DNA of 64,000 bases from positions 1-64,000 of the forward strand of contig NIVC01000958.1 of assembly GCA_002269645.1 (NCBI GenBank). The letters run 5' to 3'. This DNA comes from Macrostomum lignano (Eukaryota). How positions within the stretch are numbered: the stretch's first letter is position 1; every line of letters begins with the position of its first letter. The notes under the pieces are model-generated. The model searched no databases. It was not told the origin of the DNA and worked only from the letters and a program-made list of their open reading frames with translations. Position numbers and translations under genes: made by a program. Shown here in pieces: positions 1 to 11,873 of the stretch.

Positions 1-39
1 CGGGTTCGATGCTTGGGTAATGTGGCCGTCATGGTCACT

Positions 40-2380
40 TGTAGACAGCTCTTCGTTGCTGACGGCAAATTTTTCGTTGTCATGGAGTTGCTTGCCTGTC
101 ATTTGTGCGTCAGTGGAGTGCTTGTCATCATCTAACGGCACGTCTGTCACAGGCTGCTCGCAACTATCGCTGTTTTGAGGAGCTTTGCGAGCAGGTAAGT
201 CAGTGTTATCTTTGTCAGCAGCCAACATCGAGTCTTTGATCGGCTGCTTCAAAGTTTCTGACGGCGAAAGCTTCGCTTTCGGCAGGTACGCCATGGGGAT
301 CACTGTCGATTTTTGACGGTATCGGTTGATCAGCTGAGCTCTTTTTGTTTTCAGCTGAGTGTTCTTTCTCTGGTTCCCTTCCTTTTCCCTCTGAAACAGT
401 GTCGCGAGAACACTGTTCTCACTCGCTGATGTCTTTTGGCATCAGCGGTTTGATCATTTTCGTTTGATGACACATCGTCACTCTTTGTCAATGGAGTCGC
501 TGTGTCCATCAAAGTGAGATTTTCGCGCGATACAGTTTGTTCAGTCGAAGTTGTGCTTGTAAAAGAACTTTCACGGTCAGCTGATGAAGGATCGGGGATC
601 CCGCTCACTTTTCCCGATGCTGTTGCACCAGTCAAACAGTCATTATCTGTCATTGGCTCGCTTTCAGTAGTTGTGTGACTTGTAGTAGGCATGCTGGTTT
701 GATTTGACTCGCAAATCGTATTTCCGGTCTTGTCAGATGCCTCAGTAGTTGTAGGCAGCTCTTCGTTGACGGACGGCAAATTTTTCGTGTCATGGAGTTG
801 CTTGCCTGTCATTTGTGCGTCAGTGGAGTGCTTGTCATCATCTAACGGCACGTCTGTCACAGGCTGCTCGCAACTATCGCTGTTTTGAGGAGCTTTGCGA
901 GCAGGTAAGTCAGTGTTATCTTTGTCAGCAGCCAACATCGAGTCTTTGATCGGCTGCTTCAAAGTTTCTGACGGCGAAGCTTCGCTTTCGGCAGGTACGC
1001 CATGGGGATCACTGTCGATTTTTGACGGTATCGGTTGATCAGCTGAGCTCTTTTCGTTTTCAGCTGAGTGTTCTTTCTCTGGTTCCCTTCCTTTTCCCTC
1101 TGAAACAGTGTCGCGAGAACACTGTTCTTCACTCGCTGATGTCTTTTTGGCATCAGCGGTTTGATCATTTTCATTTGATGACACATCGTCACTCTTTGTC
1201 AATGGAGTCGCTGTGTCCATCGAAGTGGGATTTTCGTGCGATACAGTTCTTCCAGTCGAAGTTGTGCTTGTAAAAGAACTTTCACGGTTAGCTGATGAAG
1301 AATCCGAGAACCCGCTCGCTTTTCCTGATGCTGTTACATCAGTCAAAGAGTCCTTGTCTGTCATTGGTTCTCTTTCAGTAGTTGTGTGACTTGTAGTAGG
1401 CATGCTGGTTTGATTTGACTCGCAAATCGTATTTCCGGTCTTGTCAGATGCCTCAGTAGTTGTAGGCAGCTCTTCGTTGACGGACGGCAAATTTTTCGTG
1501 TCATGGAGTTGCTTGCCTGTTATTTGTGCGTCAGTGGAGTGCTTGTCATCATCTAACGGCACGTCTGTCACAGGCTGCTCGCAATTATCGCTGTTTTGAG
1601 GAGCTTTGCCAGTAGGTGAGTCAGTGTTATCTGAAACTAACTCAGTGGCTACTTTAGTCGTTGGGGTTACCTTTGACGTGCTGGGTTTATTTTTAGCCGG
1701 AATATTCGTAAATTTTTGCCCTGGAATATCTGTCGCATTTTCCTCTTCTCCTTGATTGCTTGACGTTTGATCACAGCTATCAGCTTGCATTGGGTCTGTG
1801 GTTGACCGATTATTATTGCTTGACAATAACGCAGTGTTAGAGTTCTCTTTGTGTTTGCTTTCGGACACCGGGTCACTGATCGGCAAATCTTTGTCAGCAG
1901 CCAACATCGGCTGCTTTGAAGTTTCAGACGGCGAAGCTTCGTTTTCGGCAGGTACGCCATGGGAATCACTGTCGATTTTTGACGGTATCGGTTGATCAGC
2001 TGAGCTCTTTTTGTTTTCAGCTGAGTGTTCTTTCTCTGGTTCCCTTCCTTTTCCCTCTGAAACAGTGTCGCGAGAACACTGTTCTTCACTCGCTGATGTC
2101 TTTTTGGCATCAGCGGTTTGATCGTTTTCATTTGATAAAACATCGTCACTCTTTGTCAACTGAATCGGTGTGTCAATCGAAGTGGGCTTTTGGCGCGATA
2201 AATTTGGCTCCGTAGAAGTTGTGTCTTTGAAGCATGTTTCACGGTCAGCTGATGAAGGATCGGGGATCCCGCTCACTTTTCCCGATGCTGTTGCACCAGT
2301 CAAACAGTCCTTATCTGTCATTGGCTCGCTTTCAGTAGTTGTGTGACTTGTAGTAGGCATGCTGGTTTGATTTGACTCGT
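40..2380. repeat. ~711-bp coding tandem repeat (about 2.5-3 near-identical copies plus partial copies)
   Basis: agctttgcgagcaggtaagtcagtg recurs at 181 and 891; ctttcagtagttgtgtgacttgtagtaggc recurs at 661, ~1372 and ~2330. Confidence 0.9.
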
Positions 2381-2852
2381 ACATCGCATGGCCGGCTTCT
2401 AGCGATTGAGCGCTAATTGTGCTAAACTGCGCTTGGCTGGCCAAAGACGAAACACTTTCGGCCGGCTCCGCTGGGCAGTTTTCGCAAAAAAAAATGAAAG
2501 TAAAGTCATCGAAACAGTCAGTACAATGCCTTTGCACAAGATCTTCACAGTCGTCTGAACAACTGCTGCACTTTCTAATCAAATCTTTCTTTTGATGAGT
2601 GCATTGTTGCCTCTGCCTCTGGCTGCCTGTGTGGCATGAGTGCTTGCACTCTAGTACCGTGTTCTCCTCTAACTTGCAAAATCGGCAACATTTGGAGAAT
2701 AGCTTTCGCGTATCAAGATTGCATTTCGAGCATCTCTTTAAGAGATTCTCGACTGGGTGGTTGCAATCGCACATCGCGTCACATTTTGAATTGATGCTGC
2801 AATTTAAACGATTATAACGATTAATACAGCGACAATGTTGGTATTTTTTCAT
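351..2852 (-). CDS. Intronless Cys-rich N-terminal / large tandem-repeat low-complexity protein (>=833 aa; probably continues to or past the window start through single-base indels)
   Basis: 833-codon ORF from ATG 2852 in an AAAAAATG context. The first ~130 aa carry many CxxC/CxH pairs (CSKC, CRFC, CSSC, CTDC, CENC), followed by acidic S/T/D/E-rich ~237-aa repeats. The stop at 351 follows 1-nt homopolymer deletions near 418 and 435 relative to the sister repeat. Confidence 0.7.
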   Translation of the reverse strand: MKKYQHCRCINRYNRLNCSINSKCDAMCDCNHPVENLLKRCSKCNLDTRKLFSKCCRFCKLEENTVLECKHSCHTGSQRQRQQCTHQKKDLIRKCSSCSDDCEDLVQRHCTDCFDDFTFIFFCENCPAEPAESVSSLASQAQFSTISAQSLEAGHAMYESNQTSMPTTSHTTTESEPMTDKDCLTGATASGKVSGIPDPSSADRETCFKDTTSTEPNLSRQKPTSIDTPIQLTKSDDVLSNENDQTADAKKTSASEEQCSRDTVSEGKGREPEKEHSAENKKSSADQPIPSKIDSDSHGVPAENEASPSETSKQPMLAADKDLPISDPVSESKHKENSNTALLSSNNNRSTTDPMQADSCDQTSSNQGEEENATDIPGQKFTNIPAKNKPSTSKVTPTTKVATELVSDNTDSPTGKAPQNSDNCEQPVTDVPLDDDKHSTDAQITGKQLHDTKNLPSVNEELPTTTEASDKTGNTICESNQTSMPTTSHTTTEREPMTDKDSLTDVTASGKASGFSDSSSANRESSFTSTTSTGRTVSHENPTSMDTATPLTKSDDVSSNENDQTADAKKTSASEEQCSRDTVSEGKGREPEKEHSAENEKSSADQPIPSKIDSDPHGVPAESEASPSETLKQPIKDSMLAADKDNTDLPARKAPQNSDSCEQPVTDVPLDDDKHSTDAQMTGKQLHDTKNLPSVNEELPTTTEASDKTGNTICESNQTSMPTTSHTTTESEPMTDNDCLTGATASGKVSGIPDPSSADRESSFTSTTSTEQTVSRENLTLMDTATPLTKSDDVSSNENDQTADAKRHQRVRTVFSRHCFRGKRKGTRERTLS

Positions 2853-2910
2853 TTTTTATCCATGCAGTTTCTTGCACAGGAAATATAGAAAAAGATTGGT
2901 CACTTCATAA

Positions 2911-4011
2911 AGGGGATGTGAACTTAAGAGTCAATATAGAGCCCAAAAATTAGGTTCCGATTTCTCTCGCCAATCTCTTCATCCGGAGCCACAAGCTCCC
3001 GTTATGCCAAAAACCCGACCACGTTAGGATTTGGGATCTCTATGGGGAAAAATGGGGAATTCATGTGAACTCAAGGCTCCAGAATGGAGTCTGAAGCATT
3101 TGGGTTCCGAGTTCTCTACGCAAGTCCCTTCAATTGGAGCTTCAACAGCTTTAAATGACGAGATGACCATGATAAATGCCATTATATTATCCCCCCACTA
3201 AGCTCTCATTGTGTTTTCCCGCCTTGATGGAGACATAAATAGCGTCAAGGGGGGTCTGTATCACACATTATAGACAGACGATATCTACCTCAACGAAGTG
3301 GAGGTTAACCCGACGTTTCGAGACGGAGGGTGGTATAAAACATCATTTTCGCAGAATTTATATCGTGGTCAAAGGTGCTAAGCTCCCTCAGACCCTCACA
3401 ACCATTTCTCCCCATAGAGATCCCAAAATGCTAAAGTGGTCAGGAGGGGTTTCTCGAAACCAACTTAGGAAAGACCATAGACGTAGGTTGCCTAAACCAG
3501 ACTTAGGGTTTGCTGGAAACGAGCGCAAAATCCCGTCTCTTAGGATATATCTTATATTTACGAGGTCGTATGTTTGCGAAGAAAGTCGTTTCTCGATCGC
3601 CTTTTAAGTCTATGGCCCATCCTACGATTGATCCTAAGTCTAAGAGTGGTCGGTACCACTCGTAAGCTGTCTTTTCTTTGCAAGCAAGGCTTGATATATT
3701 TTTTCTTCCGATTTGCTTGTATGCGCTTTCTGCTTTCTGTTTTCAAAGTTTAACCAAATGGCGTCTGCTTCCGTTAAGTTGCGCAAAAGAAAAGATGGCT
3801 TCGGGAAACGTTCTTACGAACACACTTAGGGTCTGCGCAAATTCCGGACTTACGGGGGATCTTACCATAGATCTTATGACACTTTCGAGAACCCCCCCCC
3901 CAGGTTTTTAACATAACGGGAGCGATTGGCTTCAAATGAAGAGATTGGCGTAGAGAAATCGGGACCGAATGTTTTGGGCTCTTATTTTGACTCTTATAGT
4001 TCATATCCCCT
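2911..4011. mobile_element. Non-autonomous DNA transposon with ~110-bp imperfect TIRs, Kolobok-like termini
   Basis: 2908-3017 (taaaggggatgtgaacttaagagtc...) is the reverse complement of ~3900-4014 (...gactcttatagttcatatccccttta). AGGGG...CCCCT ends with degenerate TTAA-like flanks (ataa/ttac); no transposase ORF. Confidence 0.6.
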
Positions 4012-5101
4012 TTACTCCTGCACTACTCGTTGAGACAAAAATAAATAACCATAGTTCATCTGCAGTTTCTGGTTCAATTCACAAAGTTTATTGTTACACT
4101 GCTTGTATTATCAGGGGCATCGGGCCCGATAAAAATTAAAAGGCCTTTCGGTATGCTTTTCTATCTAATGGAGACGAACGAATAAACAAAATTCGTAACA
4201 AATTTAAACTTTTAATGTTTCCTAGCTCGTAGTAAATTTTATGTTCGATGGAAAAATACGTTATGACAATACTTGAGCCAAAAATCCTACCCTAATGAAA
4301 GAAACTTTGACGAAATGCAAACTTTATAAAAATGCAAATATTTTTAAGAGCTACGCCACGCTTAACAAATCTTAAACACATGCTGCATTTCTCTTGATTG
4401 GGACTCTGGCCTGGGAGTGGAACTAAATCAAAGGAAAGTTTTTATCATGGACTAAAACCTCTGAAGCATACAATTCTTATCATCCGTAAACAGACAAAAG
4501 GTAAGAATTACATGTACATGCACAAGACTACGAGTATTCAGATTTCATTCCTATGCACTAATGCACACAGCTGCTCTTTCCTAACAGGGTGTTTTTATTG
4601 GACGCGCGTCTTTGGAGCTCTAGTGCGGGGTGACAACCAAAGACGCCCTGGCGCCATCTAGGGGGTGGCAATCTTGGTGGTGCCTGGGTGCCTGGTGGTG
4701 TTTGGGTGGCCATATTGGGTCCGTCATAAAGGAACGCTATCGTGTGACGCTATTTGAGCAGCAAGGGGTTTTATGCAGCATTAAGGATTCCCGCGGGGAT
4801 TTTAAATTTGTACATTTTAGCGGAACTAAAAAATAACTTTGGACGTACTCACGTACATGTAGTACAATACGACAGTGGACACGTCAGCAGACACACTCTC
4901 TGGAGTTGTGTGACGACTTCGATAAAAAATGAGTAATTCGTCCGCGTGGGTTTGGAATGTTGTGTGGGATGTAGCTTATTAGAGGAAAGGCTTGGCTAAA
5001 CTGTCTCATAAGCGATCTTTAACCAGGTGAGGCAATCATACGTAAAGAATTCGTATTCACATTTTATGTATGCATGAAATATGGGTGACAAGTCTGATGC
5101 G

Positions 5102-5485
5102 CAGGGGCGTCGCCATGGATTTTATCAGCACTCATTTTAGCGCCGCAGGTACTCATTTTGGCGCCGCAGGTACTCATTGTAGCGCCACAGGCACTCATTT
5201 TAGCGCCGCAGACACTCATTGTAGCGCCGCAGACACTCATTGTAGCGCCGCAGGCACTCATTTTAGCGCCGCAGACACTCATTGTAGCGCCGCAGGCACT
5301 CATTTTAGCGCCGCAGACACTCATTGTAGCGCCGCAGGCACTCATTGTAGCGCCGCAGGCACCATTTAATTTCCATAGCAGGCCACAAAAGGTGGGGTGG
5401 GGGGGCAAAGCATTGGCATGTGCCCCCCAGATCTTTTACTGGGGAGGGGGCATGTCCCCCTGTCCCCCCGTTGGCGACGCCTCTG
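5102..5485. mobile_element. hAT-type MITE containing a 21-bp minisatellite
   Basis: TIRs caggggcgtcgcca / tggcgacgcctctg; perfect 8-bp TSD ctgatgcg at 5094-5101 and 5486-5493; internal (gcactcatt(t/g)tagcgccgcag)n. Confidence 0.85.
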
Positions 5486-5596
5486 CTGATGCGTTATCGC
5501 GTTATTGCATCATACTGTTGAAAAATTTTCTTTTCATAACATTTGTAATTAATCTAAGTGGCTTTAAAAATATAAGCGCGCATGTTTGTGTCTATA

Positions 5597-5910
5597 AATA
5601 ATAATAATAATTGATTACAACCACCCTAATGGCTAGACGTGCAACCGATAGCTATTTGCGCGGCGCATCTGAAGGCTGCGTGCAGCTGTTCAATCCAAGA
5701 ACTGGGTCGCTACGCACACTCAATTAACCTCAGCTAATGCTGCAGGTGCCCAAATTTTGTAGCTGGCTGAACTGAAGCAATTAATGCAGAGAATTAAGTG
5801 TCTTGCTCAAATTGACACAAATTGTTCCAGTGGGATCGGGAATCGAACCGCCGACCTTCAAGTCGTTAGTACGACGCTCTAAAGGATGCACTAAGTCGTA
5901 CAACCCCCCT
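5597..5910 (-). mobile_element. tRNA-derived CORE-like SINE
   Basis: Minus strand shows a B-box (ggttcgattcc), a tgtgtcaatttgagcaagacactta CORE-like hairpin and an (att)n tail. It shares gcagccttcagatgcgccgcgcaa with the copy at 33608. Confidence 0.75.
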
Positions 5911-7064
5911 TAAGTAGTGTGTCTCTACATGTATATAAATGTACATTATGTACAGTACGGCCTGTAAATACAGATTTTAGATATTCATAAATCTAAGTAT
6001 TTGTCTACTAAATATAGATTACATGATTAAATACTATACTACCTCAATATATGCAAGAATTTCTAAATGTACACCGCGCAGATTCGCAACTGTAGGTTAA
6101 ATAATTAAGTATGCTATGCTAAAACGATGGACTGTATAATGCAGTACATATGCTACGCTTTATATAGTGCATCACATGCTACAATTTTTTTTTCATATTG
6201 ACCAAATACAATAACAAAAATAGACGTTAGGTTTACGTAACTGCACGAAGTCCAGATTTCTCGACAGCATGTTTTTGAATCCAAGATGAATCCAAGAAAC
6301 TCCGATCGATGGATATGACACTGCAGTATTTCGTAGGAGTAGCTTGACTAAAATCAGGTAAATATAAACCCTACTATTTGATCTAAATTTTATTATAAAT
6401 ATAGGGAGAAAAATATCGCTTTACATAGTCAATAATTTAATGGAAACAGATAATATACAATTTTTAGTACCTTGTTTTAAGGAATATTTTTAAATACACA
6501 GACTCGAAGTATCCGCAAGTTTAAAACTTAATTAAAATATCAAATACTTTTTAAGACAAGTATTCCCTATGAATTTTTTTACTCAAAGAATAAAAATAAT
6601 TTTTTTTGTATTTTTTGAGTTTTAATATTAGTTATACTTGAATTATGATTTGTTGCGAAATTTAACAACAAGAACTTTCTGAGATAAAAGCTGCAATCGA
6701 GTGTAATGATCAGCCTAGCCCAGTGCTATGACTTGCCACTGAGTAAAAAGTAAAAGTAAAAAGGTTTAAAAGCAGGTCTACTTGCTTTAAGAATCACTTA
6801 ATACTAAGAAGCTTGCCTTGGATTTTTTCACGAAGTATTTAGATTGACGAATTAATTTGCACTGTTAGAGTTAGAGAGCATCATGGACATGTCCTTAATA
6901 AGTGCAATACGCATAAGTCCCTCCGCCTAGTCCAGGTCCTGTCACTTATGCTAGAAACTTTTGGCGTACAGGATCGAAGTTATTGGGTGAGATTCGGATT
7001 CGGAATAATTTTTTTTCTGAGATTCAAGATCAGGATTGAAAATTGGAATTCACTAATTTAGGAA

Positions 7065-7593
7065 GGCAGTGCTTATCCCCACGGTACCGTAGGAATAATT
7101 TCTGTCTTATTCCAACGGTACCGTGCGAATAATTTTCTGCTTATCCGCACGGCACACTGAGGAGATAGCTGCCCTATCTTCTACATATGCCGTGTGGGAA
7201 GTTTAGTACATACGATTTGAGTGCAGTATAACAACTTTGTTGAATTATTGTTGAATAAGTATACAGAAGGGTATCAGTAAAGCAGAATAACACGCATTTA
7301 CACATGCATATACTAGTCTAGAACTGATTCGAGTTTATACATCATCAAGATCAACAGCTTCTTAGTATCCTCAGTTCAAATTCCCTTTCAATAAGCTATA
7401 AACTATTCACGCACAGCATATGTAGCAGATAAAAACCGATAGGGCAGCTAGTAAAGCAGAGGGAATAAAACAGAGGACGTGTAGGGCAGCTATCTCGTCA
7501 GTGTGCCGTGCGGATAAGCAGAAAATTATTCGCACGGTACCGTTGGAATAAGACAGAAATTATTCCTACGGTACCGTGCGGATAAGCACTGCC
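7065..7593. mobile_element. Mutator-like (MULE) MITE
   Basis: ~110-bp near-perfect TIRs (ggcagtgcttatcc... / ...ggataagcactgcc); 9-bp TSD atttaggaa at 7056-7064 and 7594-7602. Confidence 0.85.
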
Positions 7594-8019
7594 ATTTAGG
7601 AAACAGAATCAGGTCTTTTAGTTTTAGTGTACTGTAGTTTGTTGGTCCATATAGGTATAGAGTTGTAGAGAAGAGTCATATATTATACAAAATTAGCAAT
7701 GTAAGATAAAAGAATACAGCAACATGTGTCACCAAAGACAAAGTTACATGACATTATGACAATAGATGCAAAGTTTAGTAGCCTAACCAACAAAAGTAGG
7801 CCTAGGCCTAATGAGATAACATTTAATGATTACAAATAAAAACAATGTGAATGTAAATAGAGCCTAATCATTAATTCTACAAATTATGAATCAGAAGGCC
7901 TGTTCTCAATTCTTTTTTAAGGTTAGGTTCTTGATCTAGCAAGAATCCAATTTTCCTTTAGATTCCAAGACTTTGAGATAGGGATTCCATTTCCCATAGT
8001 TGGTTTCATGCTTGAATAC

Positions 8020-8765
8020 AATCCACTTTGGTAACAGCCACTTTGGTAACTGGCACTTTTGGTAACAAAAAATGACTAGTTTGATATCAGCCATTTTGGT
8101 AATAGCCAGTTTGATAACAAAGTAGATTTACAATTGTCAACTTTATATCTTTATGGTAGGTACCTGTTGCAAAAAAAGTTTAAAAATTAAAACCTCAAAT
8201 ATTTTATTACCATGTATAGTTTAATTTTCTAGTTGAACTATATTATAATTTGTTTAAATTTGCACATTAACTTCTAAAAAAATTGAAGGCAAAGAAAATT
8301 AAGCAAAGCTCACCCAGATATTAGAATTGAAAATTTGAAGCAATTAATGAAGGGAAAATGCAGATTCTATAGTTTTAAGTTGTTAACTTCGATAATCTAA
8401 TGTGTATTATATTTTATCAGTTACAGGATATCTCGGTGCATGTATTTGAGGTATCTGGAAATTAAAATAGATTGGTAAAAATATTTTTAAACAAGTTAAA
8501 CACATGCAGATATGCAGTTTTTTGCATCAATCTAAATCTCTAGAAATGTGCAAGAATGTGTCTCAATTATTTTTGTTATTCTTTTTAAAAAGTTAATTGG
8601 TGTATTATTTTAGAGCATATCAATTAATATATATATATACTGTTACTGTAATTCTCTTTTGTTACCAAAGTGGCTATATTACAAAAATGGCTATTAGCAA
8701 AGTGGTCATTTTTTGTTACCAAAGTGGCTATTACTAAAGTGGCTGTTACTGAAATGGACTGGTAC
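8020..8765. mobile_element. Degenerate inverted-repeat element (old MITE) with subterminal ccactttggtaac repeats
   Basis: Left arm (ccactttggtaacagccactttggtaac) and right arm (gttaccaaagtggctattactaaagtggctgttactg) are imperfect reverse complements; no TSD resolved. Confidence 0.5.
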
Positions 8766-9929
8766 CTTATACTTGGAGTTATGAATTTTCATCACTTATA
8801 CTAGATACCAGACTAGACTTAGGTCACAAGTCTGGCATAATAGACTATCAGGGATAGTGGCTAGATCTATAAATGCAAAACATTATTTAATTAGAATATA
8901 ATTTTTTTGTGAGAGCCAGAGTCTAGATTGTGTATTAGTATATGCCAGAATCCTATCGTAGCTAAATTTATGCTAGTATTTACCGAAAAAGTAAAATTTC
9001 CCTAAAATATGCTCTAAAAATTTCTTATAAAAAGTTTGTTTGCTTTTTATGGTTGAGTTTTCTAAGAAAGGTTTTAATAGAAAATGTTATTTAAAATATT
9101 ATAAATATTTTCAGTTTAAACAAAACTGCATATACCTCTAAAAATGATACATAATTTAAGTTTTTAATGATAAATTAGTTTTTGTCATTTTCACTAATTT
9201 CATTTAATAATAATTGTAAAAAAACTAAAGGTTGATCACTGAATTTTAAGAATATATAAAGTTTCATTTATTCTACATAACCATGTTTATTTATAATAAA
9301 TTTTTAATGTACAGCATAAATTTCTTAACCAAAATTTGTAGGCCTACAAAAACTTTGAAGGGGGTCATTTGTATGCAATGGTATAATTTAGACATGTTTA
9401 TGCCAGGTGCAAAAATGGTGAGAATGCATGAACTTTGTAGGCCTAATGCAAATCTAGTAGCATTGTTGTATAAAAATATCATTTTTGCCTTTGTAGGAGA
9501 TAGTATTTAGATAGGGTGCTATTATAAACCCTAAAAATCATAACCATGAAATTACTTTTCTATCATAAACCATGAATGTCACAGTCCCTAAATACCATAC
9601 TCTCGAAAACTTTGACAAGCCCTATCATAAACCCTAAATATCATATTCTTGAAAATCCAAAATATAGGCTGCATCATAGATCCTAAATATTACAAACCCA
9701 AAATATGACATTCTTAAACTATGACAAGCCTCCCACATATTATTGATATTCAATATAATTTTGCATGCTTTTCAAAAATATAACTTAATAGTAAAACAAC
9801 ATGCTAGCAAAAAAAATTCAACAACTTCATATCTCATCTAGATGATTCATTTCCTATGTCAGCATGCTAGAGTCAGTAGCATATTATATATTGTTGGTTG
9901 GCCTAAACAATGTTTTGGCACTATATTTA

Positions 9930-11100
9930 TCATATTTTTATGTATTCTCTAGTTAAGTCTTTCAATTCTTATGTTTGCTCCTATTGAGGGTTTCTCTATT
10001 AGTCTTGGCATTACCAAGATTAGAGAGTCACAGCTTATAGTTTGGCAGATATTCTGTCCTGAGGCAAGTTTCTTTGATTCTAAATCTTAGTTGTCCTTGC
10101 CCTTTGGTAGGTATCCTGTCTTCTAAGGCAATTTCTTATGTTAAAATCTAGAGATCTTGTTCTGAATAGTTTATTCTTCTAATCTTTTAGGCTATTCCTA
10201 TGTTGGACTATCTACTACTCAAAATCAGTAACATAAGAGTAAGCAAGCACTAGCTCTTGGGCTTATTATCAATTTAATCTTCAAATTATAATTGGAAGAA
10301 GTACCAGAAAGCTCAACTGGTTGAATAAATTAACCAAGAGAAAAACGAGTATGTTTAACTATGCCTACAACTTGCTCTTAGTTACCATATACTAAAATTT
10401 TCCTAGCTTTAATTTAAAACAAAACATATGCAGTTAGTATTTGTGGTATACATATTTTTAATATTCATACAGTATTGCAAAGTGGCAGAATTTTTAAAAT
10501 GTAAATTTCTAAAAAGGTAAAAAAGTAAACTTAAGCCTACTACATTTCTTTAGTCAGTCTCATACATAGTCTAAGAGTTGTTTTTGGGTTGTTTCTAGTA
10601 GCTTAATAAATCTAGTAACTTAGACTAACTTATATCTTTCTAGTAAAAATATATAGCATACCTTTGCATCAACTTTGGTATCTGTGTAAATGTGCCCTGG
10701 GGTCCTTATATGCATGTGAATGGCACCCTAGGATTGCCAAGCCTAGAAAGGAGCCTGCAATAGCACCCCTTAAATATAATTTTAGCAAAAATAGAGTAAA
10801 CATGGTTAAGAGAGTAATTATGGTAAAGAGATTCAATGATGTGTTCATTAGTACCAAGAATTTCTTAGCAATCAAGGAACAATCACTTCTAGCTACTGCT
10901 AGGCAACCCAGTAATCAACTGAAGGTAGTTATTACCTTGAATCCGGATTAGTCCTTCTTGAGATGAGTAGATCTCAACTGCAAGTAGTCTCTGTAGATCA
11001 GACGCCTACTTCTCTGTAGTTCTGGTCCTTTTACTTCTGCTGAAGTATCTCCGCCAGTATCTGTTGTTCGGACCAATCAGAAGCTTCGAATTAACAATGG
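9930..11100 (-). pseudogene. Decayed ORF remnant (probable retroelement or other TE gene) riddled with stop codons
   Basis: Minus-strand frames read as plausible protein if stops are taken as Gln/Arg (ASDWSEQQILAEILQQK*KDQNYREVGV*...; VVDSPT*E*PKRLEE*TIQNKISRF*). No family motif was recognised. Confidence 0.35.
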
Positions 11101-11432
11101 GGTTTCAAATAAGCCTTCTCCTAGCAGTGCTTCAATGCACTCTAGGTATAGCTACGGTAATCACTGATAGTCCTCTAAGATCTATCAGGGTAGTCCTTCT
11201 GGAGACTACAACCAATAGAGTCTCAATTAGACTCTAGAGTTTCTACAGACTCAAACACAACAATAATAATGAGTCAACTCAAACAACAGGCGCAAATAAG
11301 TAAGGCTTACTGCAAGAACTCGATCGAGTCTCGATTGACTTAGTCTTCAGGAAGTCCTCCTAAGGCTTCCTCTTTGTAGCGTCTCCTTCTAGAGGTTTGG
11401 TTGTTGGCTCCGGGTCCTCTTCGGACCACTTG

Positions 11433-11727
11433 TATTTATAGGCAAACAGACCCCTTGCAAGGTCGTCCATCACATTTTCGTAAATGTCAAAGGGTCACGC
11501 TTTAGTTGCTGTCAAGCATGACAAGGGTAGAAAGTTAAGCCACTAGTCTAGTGTAAGCGCGCGTGATTGGTTACCGTAGCTGGGTTATTTTTGGTTACCT
11601 TTGATTGGTTCATCCAGGTGCATGCCGAATGATGAATCGCAGGTGGGTTTAAACTGACAAATGTAGGTCACATGTGATTGGTCGGTTGCTAAAAATAGCA
11701 TGTTCGACTTTTCTATCTTGTGATTGG
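11433..11727 (-). promoter_or_regulatory. Pol II-type promoter (4 CCAAT boxes + TATA) pointing into the decayed ORF; LTR-like
   Basis: TGATTGG at ~11566, 11604, 11677 and 11723; TATAAATA on the minus strand at 11440-11433. Confidence 0.45.
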
Positions 11728-11873
11728 TTGATTAAAATATATCAGTGATTCAGTACTTATTATTTTACATGCTACTTATTATACTACTGAATAAAACTTA
11801 TAAGTAGCACGTTAGCACTTTTTATGATTTTCGTGGGAGGTAGAATATTATGCCCTCTTATTCTTACAACACT

